64,000 nt of DNA, from positions 90,887-154,886 of the forward strand of contig JAQWPL010000024.1 of the NCBI GenBank assembly GCA_029245395.1, read 5' to 3'. This document shows positions 19,434-28,762 of this stretch, in pieces (within the stretch, counting starts at the first letter, position 1; each line of letters starts with the position of its first letter). The notes below the pieces were generated by a model that saw only the letters and a list, made by a program, of their open reading frames with translations, was not told the DNA's origin and made no database searches. The translations under genes were made by a program, and so were the position numbers. This stretch comes from Gammaproteobacteria bacterium. GTDB taxonomy: Bacteria; Pseudomonadota; Gammaproteobacteria; Pseudomonadales; Pseudohongiellaceae.

Positions 19434-19466
19434 TAAAAAAAGGGCTCTAAAAGAGCCCTTTGGTTT
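19434..19466. terminator. Bidirectional Rho-independent terminator
   Basis: AAAAAAA-AGGGCTCT-AAA-AGAGCCCT-TTGGTTT between convergent genes. Confidence 0.8.
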
Positions 19467-19716
19467 AAATTCATGACTTACCTTTTTTATTTGAATTTTT
19501 TTTTGCGGTGGCGCTTTATATTTTTCCTTTTTCTCTGCCTGTAATTATTCCATTAGTTTTTAAGCTATTGAGCAAATGAGAAACTTCACTAACTACTTCT
19601 CCATGCAATTCATTTGAATCGCTTAAGCTATTAATGGTATCTACTATTGTGCAGCCGTTATCCATCAAGTAATTATTGACGCTGGTATCTGTGTCTTTAA
19701 TGGTTACTGTAAGCAA

Positions 19717-20484
19717 CTATAAGTCGGTATTGGGACAGGCGTCTTCATTATCCGATATACCATCACCATCAGTATCAAACGAGGCCCCATACAGATCAGT
19801 AATAGTTCTACTAAAATTGTAGCCAACTTTATCTGTAAACCTGTCATCATCCCGCTGATTAAAAATAAGTACCTTTTTGGTATTGGCGTCAAGATTGTTA
19901 AATGGATCTGGATAAATGCCCGGCTCATCTAAATGAAGAGCGGGATCTGTTGGTTTATATATGAACGATGTTAAGGCGTTTCTTCTTATTTCTCGCCAGC
20001 TATCTCCATCGAGATTATCATAATTTTTTAAAGTCCAATCTTCTGAATATCTATCCCTGGAAGTGAGAGTGCCAATGCCCCAGTCTGTCCATTGCTGGGA
20101 AGTGTTGCTAGAGTCGTCACTAGGATTCCCATTTGATTCGAATTCAATATTATCCTGAATAATTAAAATATTATTTTCATCATATATTGATAATTCAACA
20201 TTCAAAATACTGTCATTCCAGTTATTAACTTCAAAGCATCTGAGAGAATCACAACCGCTGTTATGAGACGAGAGTGCTGACTCAGGATCATAAGTCACAA
20301 TGGTCTGAAACTCTCCGTTGTTAATAAATGTTTGTCCATCCGCTTCGTAAAGATACAAGGAGGTTATTGATCCTTCTGTTACAAATACATCATCTGAAAA
20401 AGCATTTGCTGAATACATTAAAGTTGATGTTGCCAATACCTGTGAAATTATTAAGAAATAATTATTGTTCATAATTGATTTCAT
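19717..20484 (-). CDS. Orphan secreted protein with a C-terminal thrombospondin type-3-like Ca-binding repeat
   Basis: Signal MKSIMNNNYFLIISQVLATSTLMYSANA; C-terminal DTDGDGISDNEDACPNTD. Visibly AT-rich relative to neighbours. ATG 20484 behind GGAGGG. Confidence 0.65.
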   Translation of the reverse strand: MKSIMNNNYFLIISQVLATSTLMYSANAFSDDVFVTEGSITSLYLYEADGQTFINNGEFQTIVTYDPESALSSHNSGCDSLRCFEVNNWNDSILNVELSIYDENNILIIQDNIEFESNGNPSDDSSNTSQQWTDWGIGTLTSRDRYSEDWTLKNYDNLDGDSWREIRRNALTSFIYKPTDPALHLDEPGIYPDPFNNLDANTKKVLIFNQRDDDRFTDKVGYNFSRTITDLYGASFDTDGDGISDNEDACPNTDL

Positions 20485-20672
20485 CTTTTCGCCCTCCACT
20501 AAATTAAATAACTGGATTAAGACAAATCGCAGTGAGAATTTAACCTACAAGAAGAAGTATTGAAATAATGGAGAACTGGATCACTAATTGGGCATGTGGG
20601 CTATTTTAGAGGCTGAATTAATCTGTTTTTGAGAACTGGAAAGGATGTCAAAATGAGATACATAGAAGAAAA

Positions 20673-20786
20673 GTGTTCTGACCTTGTTTTTAAAGATCAC
20701 CTACCTGCACATAAAACATATATGTAGAATGCATCAAATCAAGAATCAAGGGGAATTAAAGGGGTCAGAGTCACTTGATTCTTGAG
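20673..20786 (+). repeat. MITE-like composite repeat, copy 1 (includes REP-like hairpin copy b)
   Basis: 20673-20737 matches 22217-22281: GTGTTCTGACC...TCACCTACCTGCAC.TAAAACAT..GTAG.TAGAAT.CATCAA. A 12-bp perfect inverted repeat TCAAGAATCAAG (20739-20750) / CTTGATTCTTGA (20774-20785) encloses AAAGGGGTCAGAGTCA. Confidence 0.7.
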
Positions 20787-20800
20787 TTGTGCTGTCCTGA

Positions 20801-22135
20801 TCAGGCCTTGCTTGCCGGCGGAACGGGGCGGTCAATCACGAATGCCGCACTGGAAATCAGCACGGCACCAACGCACATTACAGCAAAGAACGGAACTGTA
20901 CTGCCTGCACCAATATCAAGCAGCGTGCCGCCAAACGCACTGGAACCGATGGCACCAAAGCGGCCCATGAAGATACCAAAGCCGATACCTGCTGAACGGC
21001 ATGAGGGCGGATAGGCGTGGGTCATGATGGCGTACATACTGGCGATACTGGCACTGAAAAAGGCAGCCGCTATGCCGATCAATGCAACCACTATCATCCT
21101 TTCGCTGTCACTCGGCACTTCCGACAGTGATTCCAACATAATGGGGAGCAGGATCAGGGTCACTAATAGTATTCCACTGAAAGAGGCCATGGCCAGTTTC
21201 GAGCCGAAGCGCTGCACAATCAGTCCGGCAGCGATGGAAGCAAAAATAGAGGTCAACCCGGCGATGGCAACCGCATTGGCGGCTTGATCAAATTCGAAGC
21301 CCTTTGCGGTCAGTATGGTGGTAGTCCAGCCCAAGATGCCATAAGCTACCATCGTCGCTGCAGTAAAGGCAAGACCTACGCCGATATTGAGTCGCTTGTT
21401 AGTGCGATGCAGCACGCCAATTGTACCGCCATCGGTATCGGGAAGATGAGTTTCTTCAATAAGATCAAGTTCTTCGTCAGTAACCCTTAGTGCTGCCTTC
21501 TTTGCTTCCTCAACTTTACCGCGTGCCATTAGGAAAGTGGGACTGTCGCGCAAGAAGGCGATGATCAAGACAACAACCAGGAGAGTAAGAACACCCAGAA
21601 AAACAAAGGAGCCATTCCAGCCATAACTTTCCACCAAACCGGGAGCCATGAGCCCCACCACCATACCGCCAGCGGGTGTACCCACTGAAAGGGTGGTCAC
21701 GCCCACTGAGCGCCAGCGTTCCGGTAACCACTCACCAGCCAGAGTGATGGCATTGGCATAGGCAGAACCGAAGCCCAGGCCACTGACTAGTCGCCAAAAT
21801 GCCATTTGCCAGACATCGGCGGATGTACTGACGGCGATGGTACCAAGGGAAAAAACAATAGCAGCAAGCGCCAGCGACCAGCGCCGTCCAACGATATCTC
21901 CGAGCCATCCTCCGCTCCAGGAACCGAGACCGAAACCGACCAGCGCTGCACTCAAGGCCAACCCAAAAGTTCCCCGGTCAATCCCAAAATCCTCAATGAT
22001 GAGGGGCGCTACGACACCGAGCATTTGTGCGTCCATACCGTCGGCGACTAGAACCACCCCGCAAATAATGAATGTAACTACCTGAAATGTACGTAGTGGT
22101 GTGCGTGCCATGACTTCACTGAATGTAACTGACAT
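20801..22135 (-). CDS. MFS transporter, aromatic acid:H+ symporter-like
   Basis: Twelve hydrophobic segments; motif A GWLGDIVGRRWS; N-terminus resembles the PcaK/BenK/MhpT type. Confidence 0.85.
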   Translation of the reverse strand: MSVTFSEVMARTPLRTFQVVTFIICGVVLVADGMDAQMLGVVAPLIIEDFGIDRGTFGLALSAALVGFGLGSWSGGWLGDIVGRRWSLALAAIVFSLGTIAVSTSADVWQMAFWRLVSGLGFGSAYANAITLAGEWLPERWRSVGVTTLSVGTPAGGMVVGLMAPGLVESYGWNGSFVFLGVLTLLVVVLIIAFLRDSPTFLMARGKVEEAKKAALRVTDEELDLIEETHLPDTDGGTIGVLHRTNKRLNIGVGLAFTAATMVAYGILGWTTTILTAKGFEFDQAANAVAIAGLTSIFASIAAGLIVQRFGSKLAMASFSGILLVTLILLPIMLESLSEVPSDSERMIVVALIGIAAAFFSASIASMYAIMTHAYPPSCRSAGIGFGIFMGRFGAIGSSAFGGTLLDIGAGSTVPFFAVMCVGAVLISSAAFVIDRPVPPASKA

Positions 22136-22216
22136 AAAACTTCCCCTAAAGATCGAAAGTAGAATTTACCACTAAATGACTCTTAGCTCTTTAATTCTCA
22201 CTCTTTTTTTTAAAAT

Positions 22217-22281
22217 GTGTTCTGACCCGGATTCTTGAGGTCACCTACCTGCACCTAAAACATGTAGGTAGAATACATCAA
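22217..22281 (+). repeat. MITE-like repeat, copy 2
   Basis: About 80 percent identical by eye to 20673-20737 and in the same orientation, on the other side of the MFS gene. Confidence 0.7.
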
Positions 22282-22318
22282 TTAGAGTGAAGATTTTCCC
22301 AAATATCAGGATGGGATT

Positions 22319-22582
22319 ATGCCAAATTACCTACGGACAATACTTCCAATTGCCATAATGAGTGGCTGTTGTGGTGTCGTCCTTGCTCAATTCAGTACTG
22401 GCCAGGAATATATCATGGTCAATTATGCCGCGGAGGCTGAAAAAAACCCGGTTGCTACGCTCCATGCCCGCATAGCCAGTGGGGAGGTGACGTTCGAGTA
22501 TAAGGATGATCGTGGCTATCTGGATTCCATGCTGGAAGCCCTGGATATCCTGCGCGACACAAAACCTGATTTTCGTCTCTAA
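22319..22582 (+). CDS. Short exported hypothetical protein, possibly a truncated gene remnant
   Basis: Signal-like N-terminus. NPVATLHARIASGEVTFEYKDDRGYLDSMLEALDI resembles the N-terminus of much longer proteins I recall, and the ORF then ends abruptly. Confidence 0.35.
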   Translation: MPNYLRTILPIAIMSGCCGVVLAQFSTGQEYIMVNYAAEAEKNPVATLHARIASGEVTFEYKDDRGYLDSMLEALDILRDTKPDFRL

Positions 22583-22618
22583 TACCTAACTGTTGAACTG
22601 GGGAGTAGAAGAAGACTA

Positions 22619-23473
22619 TTAAGGGTTTGGTAATGCAGCCAGGCGCTGCCGGGCATTTTTCAGACGCTCGTTTAGAAAAGCGACAAAGTCCTCCTGGTCC
22701 ACGAAGGGATGAGGTTGTCCGGGTTGTCTCTGGATAAGCATTTCAGCGCGCTGAAAAATCAGTGCTCCCCAGGGATGGCTGGTGAGGTTTACTGCAATAT
22801 CAGATGGCAGATCCCTTTGCAGGCGTTGTACGCTGTCGATAAACCATTCGAAGTTTTCGGCAACCCTGGAGGTTACATTATGGCCGCCAAACAGGAATGC
22901 TTGATGGGCTTCATCACCATCTCGTACGGGAAACTGCATGGAAAGCACGCCTGGCGTATGTCCAGGTGTGATGTAAAACTTAATTGTAGTATCACCCAGC
23001 GTAAGTGAATCACCGTCCTCAAACACCAGGTCTACTTCCTGATCCAGCATGGCCCAGTCTGCACTGCTCATTGCAATTCTGGCGCCAGAGACTTCCCTGA
23101 CTTCCTCGGATCCGCCGGCATGGTCGTTGTGCCCATGGGTAATCAGAACATACTTGACATCGTCCGGCTCAAAACCTAACTCCTGTACGGACTGTAAAAG
23201 CTGGGCAGTAAACTCATTATAGAGTGAGTCAAACAGGATCAGTCCCTCGTCAGTAACAAGCAGATAGGCGCTGACAAAGGTGGTCCCCACGTAATAAAAA
23301 TTATCAAAGAGTTGAACAGGACCTGCATATTCTTGCGTCTGTGGCGTGGCGTCAGCTGGACGCTGCCCGTCAGTGGCGGCGCTCAGTTCTTGGGCATGAG
23401 ACAACTGGGATATTGAAAGTGAAAGTGACAGCACTAGCAAACAAAAATGAAACAAACCGGTTATTTTTCTCAT
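22619..23473 (-). CDS. Exported metallo-beta-lactamase fold hydrolase
   Basis: Signal peptide; HxHxDH motif ITHGHNDHAGG; later TPGHTPG. Confidence 0.85.
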   Translation of the reverse strand: MRKITGLFHFCLLVLSLSLSISQLSHAQELSAATDGQRPADATPQTQEYAGPVQLFDNFYYVGTTFVSAYLLVTDEGLILFDSLYNEFTAQLLQSVQELGFEPDDVKYVLITHGHNDHAGGSEEVREVSGARIAMSSADWAMLDQEVDLVFEDGDSLTLGDTTIKFYITPGHTPGVLSMQFPVRDGDEAHQAFLFGGHNVTSRVAENFEWFIDSVQRLQRDLPSDIAVNLTSHPWGALIFQRAEMLIQRQPGQPHPFVDQEDFVAFLNERLKNARQRLAALPNP

Positions 23474-23502
23474 TACTGATCCCTTGGGTTGATTCATTTG
23501 TT

Positions 23503-24564
23503 CTATGGTAATCGCGAGTAAGTATAATCACCTGATACATGTGAAATGATAAAGCTTTCTACCTCACCATCATTGTTAACAATAAACCGGTAACCGAGTC
23601 CCAACCCGTCAAATAAGGTCTCTGAAAAAGGCACCAGTGCTCGCGGCACACCTTCCTCCAGGCCTGCGGCTCCGAGGCCCAATGCGCTGTAAGCGCTAAC
23701 GATAGTGGCGATCAGTTCGCCTCCTATGAATGATATTTCGTAAACCCGCTCGCCTCCACCATAAATCCCGCTGTAAACACCGACGTACTGCGCCAGGATT
23801 TCTGGCGACACAGATACTCTTTTCGCTTCGGTTACTGATAAGTTACCCGACCAATCGTCACTGCCGCGTTCGCACACTGACTCAAGCATTTCCGTATCTG
23901 CCTGCACAGTCATATTCATGTCAAAGCCCCACGGTGTTGCGAAGGCATCTGGATCGGTAAAGGTAATCTCTGCTTGCATGTGGCCGAAATCCGAACGGCT
24001 GTAGCGCTCATTAACGCGCAGTGCTTCAGTGTGCGAAACCCCGAATCGACTGACCCAGGTTTGATCGTTAAAGCCAACAGTATCGACAACAAGGGTGTCA
24101 CCATCCCAATGGCCCACTGAATACCCTGTCCAGCTTGGTACCGGGTTTGCTTCCAACTCGCGACCATCCATATGAATCAGCCGATAAGTGAGATTTTCGT
24201 TCAAGATGATTAAAGTTGCCGGTGTCTGAATAAAGCGTTTCCAGCCTGCAAAACTTTCTGTCTCGGGTCCGTTAGGCAGACACCGAAATAGGGGGCGTTC
24301 CTTATAGAAGTCCTGCTGACGTTGACTGGCAAGTTCAGAAACCCAGGGTTGCAAATTAGCGGGATCGAGACGGGCGACGGGAGGAGGTCCATTCCATATG
24401 CCGGTAAAATCCGGCTTGTTATCGAGTCCACGTGGTGCTGGCGCGGTCAGATCAGGTTCGCCATCCGCGGTACGTGGGATGTCCGGCCAGAGACGAGCCA
24501 GCCATTGGGCTGTTGCAGGTACCGTGATTGAGAACAGTATTAGTACCACTACAAATTTTTTCAT
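23503..24564 (-). CDS. Secreted C-module protein with an extra C-terminal domain
   Basis: DNKPDFTGIWNGP, RCLPNGP, GYSVGHWDGDTLVVDTVGF, VNERYSRSD, ESVCERG. About 110 further residues follow (YVGVYSG...ISFIGGELIA), resembling DUF3471-like tails. Confidence 0.8.
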   Translation of the reverse strand: MKKFVVVLILFSITVPATAQWLARLWPDIPRTADGEPDLTAPAPRGLDNKPDFTGIWNGPPPVARLDPANLQPWVSELASQRQQDFYKERPLFRCLPNGPETESFAGWKRFIQTPATLIILNENLTYRLIHMDGRELEANPVPSWTGYSVGHWDGDTLVVDTVGFNDQTWVSRFGVSHTEALRVNERYSRSDFGHMQAEITFTDPDAFATPWGFDMNMTVQADTEMLESVCERGSDDWSGNLSVTEAKRVSVSPEILAQYVGVYSGIYGGGERVYEISFIGGELIATIVSAYSALGLGAAGLEEGVPRALVPFSETLFDGLGLGYRFIVNNDGEVESFIISHVSGDYTYSRLP

Positions 24565-24574
24565 AGGTGAGTTC

Positions 24575-25609
24575 TTAGGCTGATTCAGAATTTTGCCTTT
24601 CATTCAATTTTTTAATTGCCCAGCGCGCTGAAACTCTCGGTTTGTCTGATTGATGATCAACAAGCCTGTCTTCTCCTAATTCTGTAACACGAAGTTGCTG
24701 CGCCTCGACCATCGCCTTGTCCTCTGCCAGGGCTACCTGAATTTCTTCCGTTAATTTTACCGTTGCAGCAGGATTGTCAGTTTCGTGTCCATTTGATACT
24801 GACCAAAAATAAAAACAAGACGTGTCAGTTTCAGGGGTAATCGTGTGAAATATTCGCATGTCAAAACGTGGCGCACCCGCAGTTTTTCGGTCTTCACCGG
24901 CAGGTACACCACCGGAATACTGAATCACAGTAGAGGGAGCGACAAATTCAAATTCTTGCCACCGATCAATCCGCTCTGGTAGCTGCACGCAATTATTGTA
25001 TGTTTCCGGAGGAGGGGAGTTTTGCATAAATCGATTAAGGACTATGCCGTTGTCGGTAGTGGATAAGTCGTTTTGCGCAACCATATGTACATCGGGTGAA
25101 GACCCGCCCACTGAGCCTGAATGAAGGTAAGATAAATGGGTGGCATCCAGTAGATTATCAATCAGCATAATATAATGAGACTTTACGGGGAGCACGTCAT
25201 GGTAATGAGGCCAATTCTTTGTGTCATTATGAAAGGGATGATCAGGAATTAAACTTTCGTCAGCCTTTTCCGGGGAGCCTATCCATATCCAAAGCATTTG
25301 ATCTTTTTCAATTAATGGGAAACTGTCTACGCGCGCTTTTGCCGATATGTTTTTTTGGTTAGGAATTTCTACACAAGCACCGCTACAGTCAAATACAAGG
25401 CCGTGATAATTACAACGAAGTCCATTTTCTACTACTGCTCCTAAACTAAGCGGTGCGCCCCTATGACTACAGCTATCCAACAGAGCATTCGCTTTGCCTT
25501 CCAGTGTTCGATACAAAACAATAGGTTTGTTACATATCCTTCTAGCGATTGGATTTGTAGTAATCTCATCTGCCCAGGCAGCTAAATACCATGAATTATT
25601 GACTATCAT
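24575..25609 (-). CDS. Rieske [2Fe-2S] non-haem iron oxygenase, VanA/phthalate-family type
   Basis: CSHRGAPLSLG...CNYHGLVFD Rieske motif; N-terminal WYLAAWADEI typical of VanA-like oxygenases. No reductase gene adjacent. Confidence 0.85.
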   Translation of the reverse strand: MIVNNSWYLAAWADEITTNPIARRICNKPIVLYRTLEGKANALLDSCSHRGAPLSLGAVVENGLRCNYHGLVFDCSGACVEIPNQKNISAKARVDSFPLIEKDQMLWIWIGSPEKADESLIPDHPFHNDTKNWPHYHDVLPVKSHYIMLIDNLLDATHLSYLHSGSVGGSSPDVHMVAQNDLSTTDNGIVLNRFMQNSPPPETYNNCVQLPERIDRWQEFEFVAPSTVIQYSGGVPAGEDRKTAGAPRFDMRIFHTITPETDTSCFYFWSVSNGHETDNPAATVKLTEEIQVALAEDKAMVEAQQLRVTELGEDRLVDHQSDKPRVSARWAIKKLNERQNSESA

Positions 25610-25914
25610 TTCTTATTCTCATCAAGAACTCTTCTCATTACTTGCCAGTAAGAACCTTAAGGCAAGAGATATTTCATGCAGTATATATATACATATAATA
25701 GTAAGTGGAATCAAAGGGGAGGGGAAGCTTGAAATGAGAAAATGTTGAGCCCCTTTAGTTTGGTTTGCCCTGCAGGTCCGTCAGCCGGCTGACTATCTTT
25801 GGATTTCTTAAGAAAGCTGTACTAATTCCAGCTAGATGCAAGTTTTATTGTCTCTGGAATGTATAACAGTTTAAGATTGCTTTAAACAGCATTGATATCC
25901 GGGAGAATGATCTG

Positions 25915-26946
25915 ATGGAAATTAACCATCTCAATCCGATTTTTAAATTTGTCATCTTAACGGCTTCACTGCTGTTGTTTCCTTTCAGTGCCATTGCTCA
26001 CCATTCGCATGCAAATCTTAATGCCAATGATATTCAGACTCACCGTGGTGTCGTAGAACAATACGGCTGGGGTATGCCGCATGTCTATATAAAGGTAAGC
26101 GCACCCAATTCAAAGGGTGAAATCGTTTTATATAATATCGAGTTGGTCAATCCGCCTGGCATGCTACAACGGGGCTGGGATAAAAACTCATTGAAACCAG
26201 GAGACTTGATTACATGGGAAGGTACAGCTGACCATAATCCAAATCGTTATTACTCTGGCCTGAATTGGGCCGAAAAGGCTGACGGCAACCGACTCACGAT
26301 GACAGTCAGGCCTGCGGAAACTAATCCATCAATTGATTTTTCCGGTCTCTGGATGAGAGATCTGCGAGGTGGTAAGCCCTTTTATACGCCCCCTGAAGAT
26401 TGGCCCTACAGCGAATTGGGAAAACAAATGGTCGCTAGCTTTAATGAAAACGACAACCCTCAGGTTTCCTGTATTAACCCGGGCATTCCCAAAGCCACAT
26501 TATTACCTTATCCCATGCACATTACCCGGCAAGATGAGCAAACTTTGATTTTCAAATATGAATTGCGTGAACATCAAAGAACCATCGTATTGGGTCGGCC
26601 CAGGTTACAAGAAGAACCCTCTGTTTTAGGAACTTCAGTTGCACGCATGGGAGACAATAAAATTATTATAGAAACAGATAATTTTGTTGCAGATAAATGG
26701 GGAACACATACAGGTGTCAACTCCAGTGCACAGAAACGTCTGCGTGAAGAAATTTCATTATCAGAAGATGGTAAATCCCTGAATATTATGATGGTAGTAA
26801 CGGACCCGGTATATTTTACTCAACCGGTTATTATCGATTATCACATGAAGAAAATGCCAGACCGTGAATTGATTCAGTTGCCTTGTACGCTAGAGAACTC
26901 AAGGTTTTTTCTCGATGCTGGTTTAATCGGCCGTGTATCGGAGTAG
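25915..26946 (+). CDS. Secreted fused N-module + C-module protein
   Basis: Signal ending AIA then HHSHANLN; WGMPHVYIK; LQRGWDKNSLKPGDLITWEG. C-part: IDFSGLWMRD, SCINPGIP, QLPCTLEN. Confidence 0.8.
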   Translation: MEINHLNPIFKFVILTASLLLFPFSAIAHHSHANLNANDIQTHRGVVEQYGWGMPHVYIKVSAPNSKGEIVLYNIELVNPPGMLQRGWDKNSLKPGDLITWEGTADHNPNRYYSGLNWAEKADGNRLTMTVRPAETNPSIDFSGLWMRDLRGGKPFYTPPEDWPYSELGKQMVASFNENDNPQVSCINPGIPKATLLPYPMHITRQDEQTLIFKYELREHQRTIVLGRPRLQEEPSVLGTSVARMGDNKIIIETDNFVADKWGTHTGVNSSAQKRLREEISLSEDGKSLNIMMVVTDPVYFTQPVIIDYHMKKMPDRELIQLPCTLENSRFFLDAGLIGRVSE

Positions 26947-26969
26947 GTTGAGTGACAGAATGCTGACGA

Positions 26970-26992
26970 TGGTGGGCCCACCAAGACTCGAA
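26970..26992 (-). repeat. Partial copy of the tRNA(CAT) 3' end (att-like direct repeat)
   Basis: TGGTGGGCCCACCAAGACTCGAA matches 22 of 23 nt of 48317-48339, the 3' end of the intact tRNA, in the same orientation. Confidence 0.75.
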
Positions 26993-27099
26993 ACGTTTAT
27001 CCTTTAAATATATTTAAATAAAATTACTCTGAGCCTTTGCTCTACTTCATTTTTGGAGTTTACTTGTCAAAACAAAAATTTGAGACGCCGGGGAATATT

Positions 27100-28749
27100 A
27101 TGAGTTTTAAGAAAACACAGTCATGGTCACACATTAATCGACGCCGCTTTCTGAAAATGGGAGCCAAATCTACCGCTGGACTGGCAATGGGTGGGCTTGC
27201 CCTGCCTGGTATGACACAAGATATGCGTCTGACCACCATTGGTGGTATTGCCAGGACGCGGCACGGCCGGGTACGTGGATTACTGAAGGAAGGGGTGCAA
27301 CAGTTTTGGGGAGTCCCTTATGGATCTTCAACTGGTGGAGCCAACCGATTTATGCCGCCACAAGCACCGAAACCCTGGTCTGGCGTGAATGACCACTTCC
27401 AGGTTGGCCAGAATGCTCTGATACAACCGGGAACCAGTGAACCGGCTCCGGTCGTGACGGCATTGAACCGACTCAGTGAACAAGGTGAGGATTGTCTTAG
27501 TGTCAATATCTTCACCCCAGCACTGGATAATGCCGCACGCCCAGTGATGGTGTGGATGCATGGTGGGGGATTCTCGGCTGGGGCAGGCAACTACCTGTTA
27601 TATGACGGCACCAATTTGGCGAAAAAAGAAGATGTGGTTGTGGTTTCAGTTAACCATAGGCTGAATATTTTCGGTTTCTTACATCTGGCAGATATAGGTG
27701 GAGATAAATGGGCGCAATCCACCAATATGGGCGTGCAGGATCTGGTTGCTACCCTGCAATGGGTGAAAGACAATATTGAAAACTTTGGTGGTGATCCGGA
27801 CAGGGTCACCATCTTTGGTCAGTCTGGCGGCGCTGGAAAAACCAACACGGTTATGGCGATGCCGTCAGCGGAAGGGCTGTTTCATCGTTCTGTTGCACAA
27901 AGTGGTTCCGCGTTCAGAGGCACATCGGCAGACGATGCCAGTGAAGCCACCGAACGCTTTCTCGGCAAGCTGGACCTCCGGAACAACCAGCTCGACCAGT
28001 TACAAACCATGGGCTACCGGCAAATTCAGGATGCTTTCTACAGTGAGCCTGCTATTCGCGGTCTTGGCTCAGGGCCAGTGATTGATGGCACTATTCTTCC
28101 TCGCCATCAGTGGGATCCCACAGCGCCATCATATTCTGCCAACGTTCCGTTGATGATGGGTTCCACAGAAACCGAAAACGGCTGGGTAGGGCCTCCGCCT
28201 TATGAGCTATCTGAAGCCGATATGCTTAATCGTTTTGTCACCCGATTGGCGAATAATGATGATGCCAGTGGTGGTCAGTTGCTTGCGCTGTATAAACGTG
28301 TTTATCCAGAAATGCGCAACCAGATGCTTTGGCTGACCGCGGAATCGGACAACACGCGGCGCAGGAATGCCCATACCATGGGTCGACTAAAGTATGAGCA
28401 GGGTACCTCAGAAAGCTATCTGTATTTCTTCGACTGGCATTCCCCGGTGCACAATAATCGTATGGGTTCTTACCATACTCTGGATATTCCCTTTGTGTTT
28501 TACAACATGGATCTGGGCGCATCAATGATGGGAGCGTCACAGGAGCGTTATCAGCTTGGACATGTCATGAGTGCGGCCTGGGCAGCCTTTGCCAGAAATG
28601 GCAATCCGAATCATGCCGACATGCCAACCTGGCCTGCGTTTAATCCCAATGAGTTTCCAACCATGATGTTTGGGGATGAAGTGCGGATGGTTAATGATCC
28701 TAATCGGGAGACGCGTTTGGCGTTGGATGCTTTGCGCGCCAACAGCTGA
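27100..28749 (+). CDS. Carboxylesterase/lipase type B family, Tat signal
   Basis: RRRFLKMG twin-arginine; EDCLSVNIFTP; VWMHGGGF; nucleophile IFGQSGGAG. Confidence 0.9.
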   Translation: MSFKKTQSWSHINRRRFLKMGAKSTAGLAMGGLALPGMTQDMRLTTIGGIARTRHGRVRGLLKEGVQQFWGVPYGSSTGGANRFMPPQAPKPWSGVNDHFQVGQNALIQPGTSEPAPVVTALNRLSEQGEDCLSVNIFTPALDNAARPVMVWMHGGGFSAGAGNYLLYDGTNLAKKEDVVVVSVNHRLNIFGFLHLADIGGDKWAQSTNMGVQDLVATLQWVKDNIENFGGDPDRVTIFGQSGGAGKTNTVMAMPSAEGLFHRSVAQSGSAFRGTSADDASEATERFLGKLDLRNNQLDQLQTMGYRQIQDAFYSEPAIRGLGSGPVIDGTILPRHQWDPTAPSYSANVPLMMGSTETENGWVGPPPYELSEADMLNRFVTRLANNDDASGGQLLALYKRVYPEMRNQMLWLTAESDNTRRRNAHTMGRLKYEQGTSESYLYFFDWHSPVHNNRMGSYHTLDIPFVFYNMDLGASMMGASQERYQLGHVMSAAWAAFARNGNPNHADMPTWPAFNPNEFPTMMFGDEVRMVNDPNRETRLALDALRANS

Positions 28750-28762
28750 ATATAACGGTTTA

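Noticed and set aside
19516-19716. 66-aa ORF abutting the stop of the TSP3-repeat gene
   Set aside because: It has a TTG start immediately after the upstream stop, no RBS and no motif. It may be a real tail, read-through or noise, and I cannot support it as a feature.
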